64,000 nt of DNA from Octopus sinensis (GCF_006345805.1 NW_021833457.1:10276-74275), one strand, 5' to 3'. Counted from the stretch's first letter, positions 24,938 through 38,735 are shown. Made by a program: numbers and translations. The notes: generated by a model not told the origin, from the letters alone.

Positions 24938-25074
24938 ACTATTACATGTATGTTGATTCTATAAATGGCAAACCTGAAGACGTGACACATCTTTCTTTTC
25001 CAAATGTTGAACCCCCAGCAGGCCATAGTTTATTCTTTGATTATTATCTCCAGCAAGGAGCTGGCAAACTTCAG
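24938..25074 (+). CDS. Exon C; middle of MAM domain 2
   Basis: ctttcAG acceptor, CAG|GTATTC donor, 137 nt, phase 1-0. Reads HYYMYVDSINGKPEDVTHLSFP...LFFDYYLQQGAGKLQ. Confidence 0.85.
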
Positions 25075-25077
25075 GTA

Positions 25078-25488
25078 TTCTCTTTCTCTTTCTCTTTTAC
25101 TTGTTTCAGTCATTTGACTGTGGCCATGCTGGAGCACTGCCTTTAGTCGAGCAAATCGACCCTGGGACTTATTCTTTGTAAGCTCAGTACTTATTCTATC
25201 GGTCTCTTTTGCCGAACCGTTAAGTGACGGGGACGTAAACACACCAGCATTGGTTGTCAAGCAATGCTAGGGGGACAAACACAGACACAAACATACACAC
25301 AAATACATATATATATACATATATACGACAGGCTTCTTTCAGTTTCCGTCTACCAAATCCACTCACAAGGCATTGGTCGGCCCGGGGCTATAGAAGAAGA
25401 CACTTGCCCAAGATGCCACGCAGTGGGACTGAACCCGGAACCATGTGGTTGGTTAGCAAGCTACTTACCACACAGCCACTCCTGTGCC
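25078..25488 (-). mobile_element. Composite tRNA-derived SINE, copy 1
   Basis: Head GGCACAGGAGTGGCTGTGTGGTAAG...GGTTCAGTCCC, CORE-like GTGGCATCTTGGGCAAGT, CCCCAGCATGGCC-type tail. Homologous to 41933-42333 and 62574-62985. Confidence 0.85.
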
Positions 25489-27234
25489 TATGGTCAAATA
25501 GTTTTTCTCTTCAAATGATAAGCATATTCACAGAGAAATATTTTTATGAAAACAAATGGATGATTGATAATGCACAACAATCAGTTATAAAATCAACGGT
25601 ACTTTTACAATGACTAGCAATGTCTTATGTCTATGATAGAAATAATCAATCTTGATGATAGGGAGTTTCAAGAATTTTAGGGCTCTCATTAATGAAACAC
25701 TGGAGTATTTTTCTCTATGCAATGGATCTTTGGAATGTATCTTAGTTTCATGCAATATAACTTAGTTTCACTAATTCTTAATTAAAACTACAGTTTAAAT
25801 TCAATATAAATAATAATGACTTTGGTCTGAATCTAATTACCAAATTATTTTCCCAGTGTTTTCTAAGGCACCACAAAGGAACTTAAATCCAGTATTTCAA
25901 ACTATCAGAACACTTATCAATTTTACAATGCTCCAGCTACTGACAGACATAAACTTTATTTTCTTGACTTATCCTTTACAAGAATTAAATGCTTTTGTCA
26001 CATGTCACAAACATAAATGAGTATTCCAATGAGGATATGAACTGTGTACTAGAATATGTTGAACAATCTGTATATAAGAGATATGATATAACACCATAGA
26101 ACTTATAAATTTATTAAATCAGTATAGGAATGTATTTCTAGCCTTTTTCTGAATCAATTTTGGGGACTGGGATGTATTATTAATGTAATATTCTTTTTGA
26201 TTTATTGCCAAATCTACAGAGAACCTTCAAAGTAAACATAGCAAAGATTAAGGTGACAGCAAGTAGAAAATAAGAAAGGGCCAAATCAAATGTCAGTGAA
26301 TTGGCCATGCTCAGTATACAGAAATGAAGGGGGTAATAATTCTATATGGCGTACCTTGTGTAAACTATGGACACACAAACTATATAGTGAGATATCAAGT
26401 ACGCTCACAGAGAAAGTAGACTTCATAAGTCCACAGAGACACAAAAACTAGATTTTCTTAAATACCTTGAAAGCTCTCTAGCAGTAATAGGTAACTTCTG
26501 TTAATCTAGGTGACCTAATTAGCTGCAAAGGTCGGTGACCTGAAAATGTAATTGAACAAGTTGGAGAAAGTTTAGGGAACAATTATTTCTGCTGGTAAAA
26601 AACAAAAGTGGGTGATGAAGGACAATGCAGTCTTTTACATGCTTCAAAATACCAGGCAACTTTACTACTGTTAATGCCATGATGAAATGCATACTGAACA
26701 CACTGTGATGTAGTTGATGAATGACTAATAAGTAGAGGCAACATAGGAACAAGAAGTCCCTTTAGTGTTGTTATTTTGAGAAGTTTGTGACCTCTTCAGT
26801 GCCAGTGCCATGATAAAATGCATTCAGAACACTCTGTAAAGTATTTGGTGTTATGAAGAGCATCCAATGGCAGAAAGTATTTGAAAACATCCAAGGACAT
26901 TGTAGTACCTTCTAAGAAGTCAAGCCATGATGGCCCATCCAAACCATTTCAGCATTAAAATGGATAAAAAAAGATGAAAATGATACTGATGTGTGTGTGT
27001 GTGTGTGGTGTGTGTGTGTGTGTGTGTGTGTAAATACACACGCACGCACATATCAACATCACCATTATCATCATTGCTTAGTGTCCATATTCTATTATAC
27101 TGCCAAGAGTTGAATGATTTGATAGGATCTGACAGGTCAAAGGACTTGTCCAGCTCCAGTGTCTGTTTTGGCAGTATTTCTATGGCTGAATGCTCTTTCT
27201 AATGCCAACCACAGTGCAGAGTATACGGTTTTAG

Positions 27235-28078
27235 GCAAAGATACAGTATTTCTTATGCTTTATCGCCACCAGTTTCCTCAGAATTAGAGGTTTTTTCATT
27301 TCGCCTGTCCAGTCTTAACATTCTTTTACGAATATTTGTTCAAATCTTCGGTAATATGCCTCGAAAGTGATTCCTTCTTCTCAGTTATATTTAAATTCAT
27401 TTATAGAATTTGCTACATGGTCTGGTGAAAAGGTATTTTTCAGTTTTGTTACCGACTTCATTAGTTATAGCATTTGTTGCTGTAACATTTGTTGTTGTTC
27501 TTGGTCTTTGAATTGTTGTTGTTGCTGTTTTTACAACTCAACTAAACCCTCTAACAGGTTTTCCCTAATTTCACGGATTTTTCGTAAAATACATACAATA
27601 AAAATGTTTGTTACTCCTCTTGAAGTTTTAATATCTCCATGTGAACATTTTTTCATTGTTGTCCATGTAAATTGTTTTACTCATGAAAAAAATTCTTTTT
27701 TTCAACGTTGTTTGCATGAATTGTTTATATCTTCGTCGACATTGTTATAATGTGGATCTTCATCCGCTTGTAAACTGTTGTCAGTACTATAATTTACTTA
27801 TCGCCACTATTATATTGTGGTGATATTTCGCATCTTATTATCTTTGACATGTCTGTTGTGCTATTGTTGATAGCTCCGCAAGACAATGATTTGAGCGTCT
27901 ATCTTAACAATAACTCAAACTCGTATATATCATGTAACCGACACTGGCTCCAACTAAGAACTCATACGATGATTCTACTACTACTGACTTCCTACAACGA
28001 CTGACTGTCTGACTTTTGTAGCGGCTGGTTCATCCCACTTTGTCACGTGGGATGGAGTGTACGATTTTTCCTACAACA
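27235..28078 (-). mobile_element. Gypsy LTR retrotransposon 5' part (LTR ~28078-27808, PBS, gag N-terminus)
   Basis: Minus strand starts TGTTGTAG; PBS-like TGGCGA at 27806-27801; gag remnant HVANSINEFKYN*EEGITFEAYYRRFEQIF...W...LILRKL. Confidence 0.7.
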
Positions 28079-28080
28079 TA

Positions 28081-28560
28081 ATCTATGTGATTACAACCAG
28101 GAGAATAAGGAGGCCAGAAATGGGGGCTAGTAAAGTTATAGAAATTCTCAGGCAACCACTTCTGACTCTTTCCAGAAGTATGGCAAGGAGCCAAATCTTG
28201 CTTCCAGACATATGGTCTTCTTGCAGCAACTGCCTCCAGCTAGAGTCTGACCACAGTTTCCAACAGCTTCAAACAGCTGTCAAAACTGAGCATAAAGCAC
28301 TATTCAAAGATGTGGAGTGGAATGACATCACCCACACTAGAGACACACCCAAAAACCATCACAGTTTGGGAGAAATTGGTTTCCATGATCTTCATCTCAC
28401 ATCATACAGCCTTTACAGTGTTTACAAAGTATTGATCAGTGGGCATAATGTTGACATTTTGATATCTGGTGCAAATAATTATGATACTGGTAACCTTTTT
28501 CCAATAGTTAGATGGTTTCCTGTTCTCATGCCATCTAACTTTTTCTCAACTACCTCTTTA
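28081..28560 (-). mobile_element. Tc1/mariner maT-family (DD37D) transposase fragment
   Basis: Minus strand: VMVFGCVSSVGDV...RRPYVWKQDLAPCHTS...WPPYSPGCNHID. Exactly 37 residues lie between the second and third Asp. Confidence 0.85.
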
Positions 28561-28639
28561 ATCGTCATGCTCTCCAATACTATTGATTGTTCACCAAAAC
28601 ATCAAGCTGTTATTGAAAAAAGGTGACATAAAAAATCAT

Positions 28640-29525
28640 CAAGTTAGCCTAAATGTTGCATATGAGGATGGGCAAAAAAATTCATAAGCTGACTATGAAG
28701 GATTAATGAAAGAGCTATGAAATATTGCATGCATTGTGCAAGAAAGACGACTGCACTGGTATGGTCATGTGATGCATATGGATGAGGATAGTTGCTTGAA
28801 GAAGTGTCACACCCTAACAGTGAAGGGAATTTTTTGGAAGAGGTAGACCCAGGAAGACATGGGATGAGGTAGTGAAGCATGACCTTCGAACGTTGGACTT
28901 CACAGAGGCAATGACAAGTGACCGAAACTTTTGGAGATATGCCATGCTTGAAAAGACATGGCAAGCTAAGTAAGATTGTAGTCGTGGCCGATGCCAGTGT
29001 TGCATAACTGGGCCATTTAAAACCACCCTTTTATCATTGGTCGATATGCCGTGCTTGTGAACACCTGTTGAACCGAGTGAAATTGTAGTCGTGGCCAATG
29101 CCAGTGCTGCCTGTAAAAAACACCATTAGAGCATGGCTGATGCCAGTTCCACCTGACGCTCTCGTGCCAGTGACACATAAAAAGCACCATTCGAGCATGG
29201 ATGATGCCAGTGACACATAAAAAGCACCATTCGAGCATGGATGATGCCAGTGCCACCTGAATGACATCCGTGCCGGTGGAACATAAAAAGCACCATTCGA
29301 GCGTGGATGATGCCAAAGCTATCTAACTGGCTCCGGTGTCGATGGCACGTGAAAAGCACTCACTACACTCTCGGAGTGGTTAATGTTAGGAAAGACATCC
29401 AGCAGTAGAAACCATGCCAAATCATATTGGAACCTAGTGCAGCTCCCTGGCTTGCTAGTTCTTAGTTAAACCATCCAACTCATGCCTGTATGGAGAGCAA
29501 ATATTAAACGACAACGATGATGATG
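28640..29525 (+). mobile_element. RTE LINE 3' end with repeat array
   Basis: RRLHWYGHVMHM...GRPRKTWDEVVKHDL, then five repeat units and the shared tail. Confidence 0.85.
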
Positions 29526-29529
29526 TAAT

Positions 29530-30576
29530 GTTTCTTTCCAACCAAACTGACACGTGACTTCTCAAAGACTTTAAAAGTAAGTAGTTATGACTTCTCTTGC
29601 AAATGAACATAATTCAACATTGTGGGGTTAACAAGTACCTGCAGAAAAAGTTTTTAACCCCCAACGACATTCATGCCGACATTGTTGATACATTAGGGGG
29701 TGACACTATAAGATCAGCAGTACAAAAGTGGGCAGCTAAATTTAGAAGAGGAAAGGGAGAGTCTTGAAGATGACCCAAGGTCTTGACGTCGTGCAAGTGC
29801 CATCACCGAGGAAAACATTGATTGTAATGGATGATAGGCAATTGACTATAGATCAAGTAGCCAATGCCATCAGCACATCCCATGAGAAAGTTGAGAATAT
29901 TTTGCACGATGAACTCAGCATGACAGAGGTTTCTGATCAAAAGCACACCAACCTGATGACATCACGGGAAAATCTGACATTGTTTAAGGCAGATTCAAAT
30001 AGTTTTCCTGGATGTTTCTTAATCCAGGATGAGTGTTGATGTCATCACTTTGAGTCAGAGACTAAGAGATAATTCAGGCAGTGGAAATACCCCTCATTTT
30101 CTCCAGCGAAGGCCAAGGATGTTTCATCTGCAGGGAAAATGAAGGCCTCAGTTTTGGGGACGCAAAAAGGATTGTGTTTATTGAAAAGGGCTACACCAAT
30201 ATGCCGTGAGAGTTACAAAAGGCTATGAAAGCCAAACGCCCAAGAAAACTGACGAAAGGAGTTTTGTTTCATCAGGACAATGCTCCAGTACACAAGTCCT
30301 TGATTTTAATGACTGCAAAGCCTGGCTGTGATTTAAACTCCCTATTCTCCTGATTTGGCCCCATCTGACTATTGTCTGTTTTCAAACATGACAAAACATT
30401 TGGCTGCAAACCAGAGTCGCAGTGATAATGATGTTACACCTACTTTTGATGACATTTTTGACCAACAGGTTAAAAGCTTGTTCACCAATGGGATTCAAGC
30501 ATTGCAGCAGTGATGGAAGACGTGTGTGCACAGCAAGTGGACTACGTTGGAAAATAAACCTCATTTGGTTACAATC

Positions 30577-30577
<1 letters not shown>
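29530..30577 (+). mobile_element. Mariner transposase remnant, TIRs lost
   Basis: ESLEDDPRS, GVLFHQDNAPVHKS and PYSPDLAPSDY motifs with frameshifts. Confidence 0.85.
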
Positions 30578-30623
<46 letters not shown>

Positions 30624-30670
30624 TGTGTGTGTGTGGTGTGTGTGTGTGTGTGTGTGTGTGCGTGTGTGCA
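30578..30670. repeat. (GT)n microsatellite; also ~26990-27030, with (GA)n at ~51918-51957
   Basis: Direct inspection. Confidence 0.95.
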
Positions 30671-30725
30671 TGCACACATGTATGTATGCAAACTATCATA
30701 TAATATGTATATATATATTTTTCAG

Positions 30726-30921
30726 ATTGAGATTGAAACTGCAAAAGGAAAGGAACTTGTGTTTGAAGAAGTTAGTGTTGCTCCATCATTTGCATGGCTA
30801 TCTGGATGTGTTCAGGTAACAAATGAAGATACAGATATTGAATTTATTGTAACACATGGGTATGGAATGGGTCAATATATTGGTCTCACGAATGTTGGTT
30901 TCTTGGAAGAAGAATGTCAAG
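30726..30921 (+). CDS. Exon D; C-terminal part of MAM domain 2
   Basis: ttttcAG acceptor, G|GTGAG donor, 196 nt, phase 0-1 (complements exon C). Reads IEIETAKG...FAWLSGCVQV...YIGLTNVGFLEEECQ. Confidence 0.8.
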
Positions 30922-31016
30922 GTGAGATTTTTTTGCTAACTCTCTTGCTCTCTTTCTCTCACTGAAAGTACATGATAATATAATACATACATACATACAT
31001 ACATACATACATACAA

Positions 31017-31051
<35 letters not shown>

Positions 31052-31241
31052 TGTATATATATCGTTTGTCGTTTTGTTCGTCCCTTCGTGTATTTCATGT
31101 TATTTATTTATGTAAAGGTTTATTATATATATATATATATATAAAGAGAGAAAGAGAGAGAGAGATACATATAAATATAGATACATAGTTTTATTTGTGT
31201 GTGTAGAAAGTAAATAAGTAACAAGGAGATTAAGGTATTAG

Positions 31242-31329
31242 TTCATTACAGCCATTTCAGGCGGCTCCATTTAATCGAACAACGCAAGCATTATATCAAT
31301 TTGAAAATATATCACCATCTTCGGATGAA
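31242..31329 (-). ncRNA. Degenerate type-I hammerhead
   Basis: Minus strand: UUCAU-CCGAAGA-...-GAAA-UGGCUG-UA-AUGAA. Stem I (5 bp) is intact; core U4 and the CAGCUG palindrome are mutated. Confidence 0.5.
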
Positions 31330-31539
31330 TAATATAGGTTTTCAACATACAGGATACTGCATTATAATTTTTAACAAATATTTCATCAGAACTGAAGAAT
31401 GAAAGAATGACATGCTGCTATGAACTTAGCAGAATGAACTTAGTGGCAGAAAAGAATAATGACGGGGCTCATGAGATGGTAATATAGCTACAATTTTTTC
31501 TATCTCCTTATCTCCATCAAAAGCTCTAAGGCAGTAGTT

Positions 31540-32560
31540 AGTATACTACGTCCACTAAGAATTAAAACCTCTGGGAATTGACAGTCAAGTTCTAGCTGCC
31601 GATGATAAATTAATTACTGTCACCATCAGTGCTTTGATATAAGCTTTGAAAAATTGTGTTTGTGCATAATGAAAAAAGAATACTCTCTGCAGACGTCCAA
31701 AAAGTCACTGAAGCAGTGAGAGAATTCAAGAGCAAAAAGAAGGATGGCAGGACACTTAATTAGAAAGAAGCATTTACATGGCCATTTCATGCTCCAATCC
31801 GAGGATGTTGGAAGTGAAAAATGCTGGTTGTGAATGATAGGTAAAAACCTAAAATGAAAAATAGAATTGTTAATTGTAGCAATTCAGAAACAAATTATTA
31901 GAACACACTTGGTGCAAACAAAGTTTGATAAAACTCAATCAGAGAGCAAAGACAACTGTGGAATAGAAGGTAAAAGCATTAAGCATCTCTTAAGTGAATG
32001 TAGTAAGGCAGTGCAATAAGAATATATCCACAAGTATGATTGTGTCAGTAAAAGAGTATATTGGGATGTAAACCATGTGTGTGCATTCAAAATAACAGAA
32101 CAGTGGCATGAGTCACAGATTGTGATGGTGAATGATAATTACAGGATTTTATGAGCTTTTTCCATAAAGACTGACCATACTATTTGAAGCAAGGAGACCA
32201 GATATGATAGATGAAGGCAAAAAAATAATGTGTATGCTCATAGACTACACAGTATTATATGAGAGGAGAGTGGACATCAAAGAAACTAAGAAAATTGTGA
32301 ACTATCAAGACCTTAGCCAGAGAAATTAGGAGATTGTAGAATGCAAAAGTTATAATTGTTCCTGTGGTAATTGGTGCCCCTAGCACATCACCTAAACTGC
32401 TACCTAAGTAGTTGAAGGATATTGGAATTGAAGGATGCATTGTCAATCTGCAGCAAGTTCCATTCTGTATTCTACAAGAATCTGAGGAAAGTGAAAAGGA
32501 AATGTATTACTAGCTAAGACATTCTTCATAACATCAAGAGATCATAAAACTTCATCATCA
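31540..32560 (+). mobile_element. R4/Dong LINE 3' part (restriction-like endonuclease region), degraded
   Basis: C..E.K.IKHLLSEC...HKYD.V, TDH.I.ARRPD and VPVVIGAP motifs with stops. Confidence 0.7.
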
Positions 32561-33065
32561 TCATTTAGTGTCCATTGTCCATGCTGGCATGGGTTGGATG
32601 GTTTCACCAAGGCTGGCAAGCTGGATGGCTGCACCAGCCCCCAGTCAAGTTTGGCATGGTTTCTCTGGCTGGATGCCCTTCCTAATTGCAACCACTCCAA
32701 GAGTGTAATGGGTGCTGCTTTTACTTGTCACTGACACAGGTGCCATTTGTGTGACAACGGTATCTGCCATGACTGCAATTCTTCTTGGCTTGATGGGTCT
32801 TCTTCTCAAGCACAACATAATGCCAAAGTTCTTGGTCATTGGCTCCATAAGGCCCAACATTCAAAAGATGCTTTTTACGTGTTACTGGCATGAGTGCCAG
32901 TTATATGACACCAGCATCAGCCAGGACTACAATTTCGCTTGGCTTGATGGGTCTTCTCAACCACAGCATATTGCTAAAGGTCTCAATCACTAGTCATTGC
33001 TTCTGTATGGCCCAAATTTCAAAGATCATGCTTCACCTCTTTGTCCCATGTCTTCCTGGGTTTAT
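32560..33065 (-). mobile_element. RTE LINE 3' end
   Basis: CATCATCAT tail, GGATGCCCTTCCTAA motif and KPRKTWDKEVKHDL on the minus strand. Confidence 0.8.
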
Positions 33066-35760
33066 TCAAGTTAAAGCACATTGGGCTTGTGTGTTTGTTG
33101 AGAGAAATAAGTTTTATAGAAAAACAAAATTTTCCAGTTGGATACCTAGAAGTTCTACAGAGAATCAGAGAAACAGCAAGTAGAAGTAAAGTAACAACCA
33201 AGCAGAGAAAGATGAGAAATTCTGGAAGAACATTTGAAGCAAATTAAAAGGAATACAGTGGGGAAGCATCCTGTATCAATAGAGACTATGAAATAATGTA
33301 GGAAGTTGGACAACAGAGGTGGAAACAATTAAGAGTGGCCACAACTGAGACAGGTCCTCAGTAAAGCATACAAATGGAATATACCAGGAATAGACCAAAT
33401 GCCAACTTACTTGTTGCATGCACTTACAGGTATCCATAAGGTAATACTCAATACCATTATTTAGAATCTTGATAAATCTCCAAAGTGATTGACAAAAGGC
33501 ACCATGTATCTCCTTTCCAAAACAAAGCAAGCTAAAAACCTAAGAAACTATAAACCCATTATAAGTCTCATCAAAACTTACCAGATTTAGGACTCTACTA
33601 ACAGAAAGAATGTACACCTTTCTTGAAGAAAACACAGTCATACCATAACAAAAATGTAGTAAACTAAATTCCTATGGGTCTAAATATCAGTTTCACATTA
33701 ATAGGGTGATTCTTGAAAACTGTCACAAGAAAAAAAATAATAATTTGAATACTGCATGGATAAGCTACATGAAATCTTTTGACATAAGTGAATATTGAAA
33801 GCTCTTAACAAAAACAAAATCCTTTCAGCTATCTCAGATTTTCTCTGATATAATATAGCCTGGTGCACAAAAACCCTTTGTCTTAACCACAACAATAAAG
33901 TCTGGCAAAATAAAATAAAACTGTAGAATTATCCAAGTTGACTTACTCTCACCACTTTTGTTCTGTGTTGCACTCTTTTCTTTTTTCAAATGAACTAAAC
34001 AACACTCTGTATGGATATAAACTTAGCAATAACAAAACTAGTCTGATCAACCATCTCTATTTTATAAACAATTTAAAGTGGTATGTTAAGAATAACTAAG
34101 AATTAAAACTTTTAGCAATGATAAAGCAGTTCAGTAATGATATGCACTTTGATAATGACAAATGCACAAAAACAACTTCTAAGGTGGAAAACTGACATTA
34201 TTTATTCAACCAGACATAGAAGCAACCAAGAAAGAATGAGAGCCAGAAAGAATTTATAAATATCATGGCATAAATGAGGATGATGGTATTCAGCATACAC
34301 AAATGAAGGAGAAAACTCAAAAGGAGTACTACAGAAGAATAAAGTTGATCCTGGAAACTGAATTGAACTCCCAAAACTACATAGAATCTATTTACAATTC
34401 AGCAGTGCCTGTTATATAATATGGTTTCACTGTCATCAACAGGAACGTTGCTGACCTACAAAGAATGGACTAAACCAGAACACTACCAACTATCAATTAA
34501 ATGCAGCATCCAAAGGCAGATATAGAACACTTCTATCTGCCAAGGGAAGAAAGTGGAAGAGGTGTAATCCAAATAGAGCTCTCCCATAAAATAGCTACAA
34601 TTGATCTGCAGAAGTACTTAAACAAGAACCATAACTGGATGTTCGAGACAGAACATGAATCCCATAACAAACTCCATTCTGTAAACAAAGAAGCTGAGAA
34701 ATATAGAGCAGATTAACACTTTGCAGAAATATAAAATGCTAACAAAGCTGACATAAATCAACACAGACAGTCAAAGTACACAAGAGGAAAGCAAAAGCAG
34801 AAGGACCTAAAACCTTGAAAGACAGATTGCAGTAAAAATCGTCAACACCTAGCTGGGCGGACTGAGAATATCAAGGACCCTTGGGCATAATTGTTTACCG
34901 GGCCCCTTTGAATGTGTGTTTCAGTATAGTTAATATGTAGAGTGGTGGACCCTCAGAGCTCCAGGCCCTTGAACAGTGCCTGAGTGACCAATAGCTCAGT
35001 CTACCCCTGACACCTACACAACACCAGGGAAGCTGATATAGATCAATCATAAACCCAGCAGTGGCTGTAAAGTTCAGGGCTGAAGGTAGAAACAGGGGAT
35101 CCATTCTTGCTGCCTAGGACTACAGTCTATATACAAAACATTATTAAGTTGACATCTTAAAAAATGGAGCACACTCCATGTGTAGAGTCTGTGATGTCCA
35201 TAATGAAATAATTGGACCATATACCACCAGGTTGGCCAGCACTGGTTCTAACAGAATATAAAGCCAGGTACGACAGAGTTGGCCAATACATTCACAGGAC
35301 TTTGTACAAAAGCCTCAGTGCTAAACATGTGGAAAGCTGGTTTGAACACCAACCTAAATCAGTAGTTAGAAGTAATGACACCACTGTCCTTTATGACTTT
35401 ACACTATATACTGATCACACAATTAATGCCAACTGCTGAGTTATTATTGTTAAACACACCAAAAACAACACTAGCCTATTTACAGACATGACTATACCAT
35501 CTAACAAAATGTACTTGTCAAGGAATATGATAAAATTACCAAATATAAAAGCCTAGAAACTGAAACAAGCAGGATGTGTCACCTAAAGACAGAAGCAAAG
35601 CTAACTGTGATTGGAGCACTGGGGATCATTATAAAAGGCAAAAAACAGTCAATGGCTTTCCTGAAAATATCCCAGGAAATCCTAGCAAATTCAAAATCAA
35701 AACAAATACTACTAAACAATACAGTTCACACTCTCCATAAGGTTCTTGTCTTTTTAGTCT
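33050..35760 (+). mobile_element. R4/Dong LINE, degraded, interrupted by a MITE
   Basis: KWNIPGID, YKPII, INHL.FI.NLK, HFYLPREESGRG, LKVETG, CRVC...EIIGH, YDFTLYTDHTI and TVIGALGII motifs. Confidence 0.8.
34853..35009. mobile_element. hAT-type MITE, 157 bp
   Basis: Imperfect TIR CTGGGCGGACTGAG / CTCAGTCTACCCCTG; 8-bp TSD ACACCTAG / ACACCTAC; interrupts the Dong coding sequence. Confidence 0.6.
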
Positions 35761-35819
35761 ATATTCTAAAATCTTTATTTCTCTTCCCTCTGTTATTGCT
35801 TGAGCCAAGAATGAAAGCT

Positions 35820-36452
35820 TGATTGGACCTGAAGCTGTGTTGAACAATGACATACTACATATGAAATTCCCGCTTACACCTTTCCTACACATTGAGTAGG
35901 GCCATTTACCTAAAGAGGGTAGGGTCCAGACTGTTTTCTTGCTCACTAGAATCTTGGTCTTTACTAAGTTAACGTTAAGGCCCTTCAATTCCAAGCTTTG
36001 CTTCTACACCAGAATTTTCTTTTCTAGTTCTGTCTCAGAATTTACTGCAAGAGCAAGACCATCATCATATAGCAGTTGCCAAGGACAACCAATCTTGAAT
36101 TCCTCTGTTATGGCCTGTAAGACAATGAATAGAAGGGCATTGAGAACTGATACCTGATGAACACCTACCTATACACTAAATTTGTCACTGTACTCATGGT
36201 TAATGCTCATCTTCCTGACTGAACCTCAGTACATGGCATGTACAGCTTTCAAAACCCACTCATCTACCCTTGGCTTCCTCAGAGCTCACCATATCACACA
36301 GTGGGGTACTCCGTCGAAGGCTTTTTCCAAGTCGACAAGAACCAAGTACAATGGTTTATTCTTAGTCAAATATTTCTCCTACAGTTGTCTGACTATAAAG
36401 ATAGCATCAGTAGTGCTCCTCCTCAGCATAAAACCCAAACTACATTTCATCT
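35820..36452 (-). mobile_element. RTE LINE RT fragment
   Basis: Minus strand: FVDLEKAFDGVP, ELKGLNVNLVKTKILVS, GKWPYSMCRKGV. Confidence 0.85.
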
Positions 36453-38735
36453 AATACACTCACATTTTCATACATATACATATATATATGAATACTCATC
36501 AATGTATTTGCTCTGAAATAAATTTAAAATGTACAATAAAACATACAGTAATTAAAACAAGATATAGTTTAAAGAAACATGACATGAAAGATTTCCTGAC
36601 TAGGTTGAGTTGAAAACTCTATATGCCTATTCACATAACCATTTCTCAAACTGCAGTCTAGTATGACCAGATGCACCAGTAAACCCTTTTTTGAGATATT
36701 TGGTACTGAGATACACAAACATCTTGAAAGTGTTCTTTTTTTTTAAAGTTTGACAAAATATCTTTTGTGTGTTGTTTGTATTCTGTGCCTAACTGTGTTT
36801 GTATTATTATGACTTCTTTAGAGAGTCCTTGCCACTAGATGTGTGTAATTCTGTCTATCAACTGTTAGTTTGATTTTTTTAAAGAATAGTGATGCTTAGT
36901 TCATTTTCAACCTCTGCATTTTCTTCATTTTTCTCCTGATGAGAGATTTTGTTACTGTTTTTAAGAAATTCGTCCAACTCATGTTTCCATTGTTTTATGT
37001 TTGTTTTTGTGATTTTTTTCCTTTTTTCCTTCATAATTTCATCTGTAATTATGTCTTCTTCATAGCATGATGGCATTGTTAGGAGACAAAGCATTTTATC
37101 ATCTGTATGTGATACAGGGCTTAAAGAGATTTCTTTTGCTATCTCCAGAACTTTGGCTGGTGGTATTCAGGAAACTAGGGCTTGTTGCTCTTTCTGATGC
37201 TGTGGACGATTTTTATTACTTTTCCCAGTTCTTCTGTGCACTTAGATTTAAGGTATATTTTACTCTGACAAATGTAACAATTAAGCTTTCTATTTGGTAC
37301 CATCAGTCACAAGTTCTTTGTCTCAGCACCTCTTTACTTACTAGATACAGTTCCAGGATGGCTTTGTGGTTTTCAGGGGTCTTTAGGATTTTCAAGTCCA
37401 TTTTGATGTCTCTGCCAACCACAGGTTACCTTTCATTTAGCCTCATACAGCAATACAAAAGTTACTACTAATCACAGGTCTACACCATGTCAAATGTCTC
37501 TTATACTTACTCTTATGTTTCTTTGCCCAACAATTCTGAAGGGTGGGTTTAGCTGATAACATCAACCCCACTACTTTACTTGTACTTTATTTTATTGACC
37601 CAAGAGGAATAAAAGGCAAACATGATTTCAGTAGAAGTTGAACTCAGAATATAAAGAGTTAGAACAAATACTACAAGCCAGTATGTCCAACATTCTAACA
37701 ATTCAGCTAACCACTTGTGCACTTGACAAGTTGCCTAATAGATGTGTTACTATTGTTAATAAAAGAGAGGACTTATAAGACATAAGGGATCTAAAGTTAA
37801 CAACTACAACTGTTTACTATTGAGCTAGTAACTACTGATGTTGTTGATAGTTGTAGTTGATTAACTATAGTTTTTTATATACAAATGAAACATAAATGTA
37901 CAGCTATTTACAACATATAACATTTATGATCGAAGATACATGACAAAAAGCCAAAATTGCATCAATAATTTCTTGTGGTTCTTATAAATGAAACAACAAA
38001 TCAGCAACATTTTAATGATTAATTAAAGAAAGAGAAACACTTATTAACAAGGTAGTGATTTGCATAAACAATTTATGAATACTGTATAAGGAAATACAAA
38101 ATAAAGGCAACTGATATGATTCTAAAACAATATTTCCTTTTGATTTCTTGGGCTTGACTCTATCAATAAAATTATCAATGAATTGTAGCAAGTTGTAAAC
38201 AGCCTTCTGTTTGTTATAATTCCATATTTTAGATGCTTACTAAGACTGTATAGGGTTAATCCTTTAGAAGTGATGCTAAAGCATCAAAACCAGATCAGAC
38301 CTTTCCAATATCTACTAGCTGGATTTCCCAAATATGACATCATGAAACAACCATAGTGTGTCAGCGAGATCATACCTAGATAGAGTATTCATTAGTATAG
38401 TGAATAGAGATCCAGTAGGTAGTCCTCAGTTTAAAATGGTTGACTACCCAACTTACAAATTTTTGATCTGCATGATTGACTAAGATAGGGCTCACAGACA
38501 GGCAGGAAACATCAGACTGATTAATGTCTTTGGCAACTTACTGATTCTCCTCTCTTAAGTTAATATTACACATCAAAAGGATCGTGCTCACCTCATTCTT
38601 TTCTGATTTCAAACATTCTGATTTCAATGCTTTTGTTTATTTGTTGTATACAATAACAAGCTATTTTTTCAGTTTTGAGAATATTTTATGACATGAAGTA
38701 AATAATGTTGATTTTTTTCCTCGTTTTCATTAAAG

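Noticed and set aside
36600-37490. Degraded minus-strand coding remnant (KQWKHELDEFLK)
   Set aside because: Probably TE-derived, but no diagnostic motif allows a family assignment.
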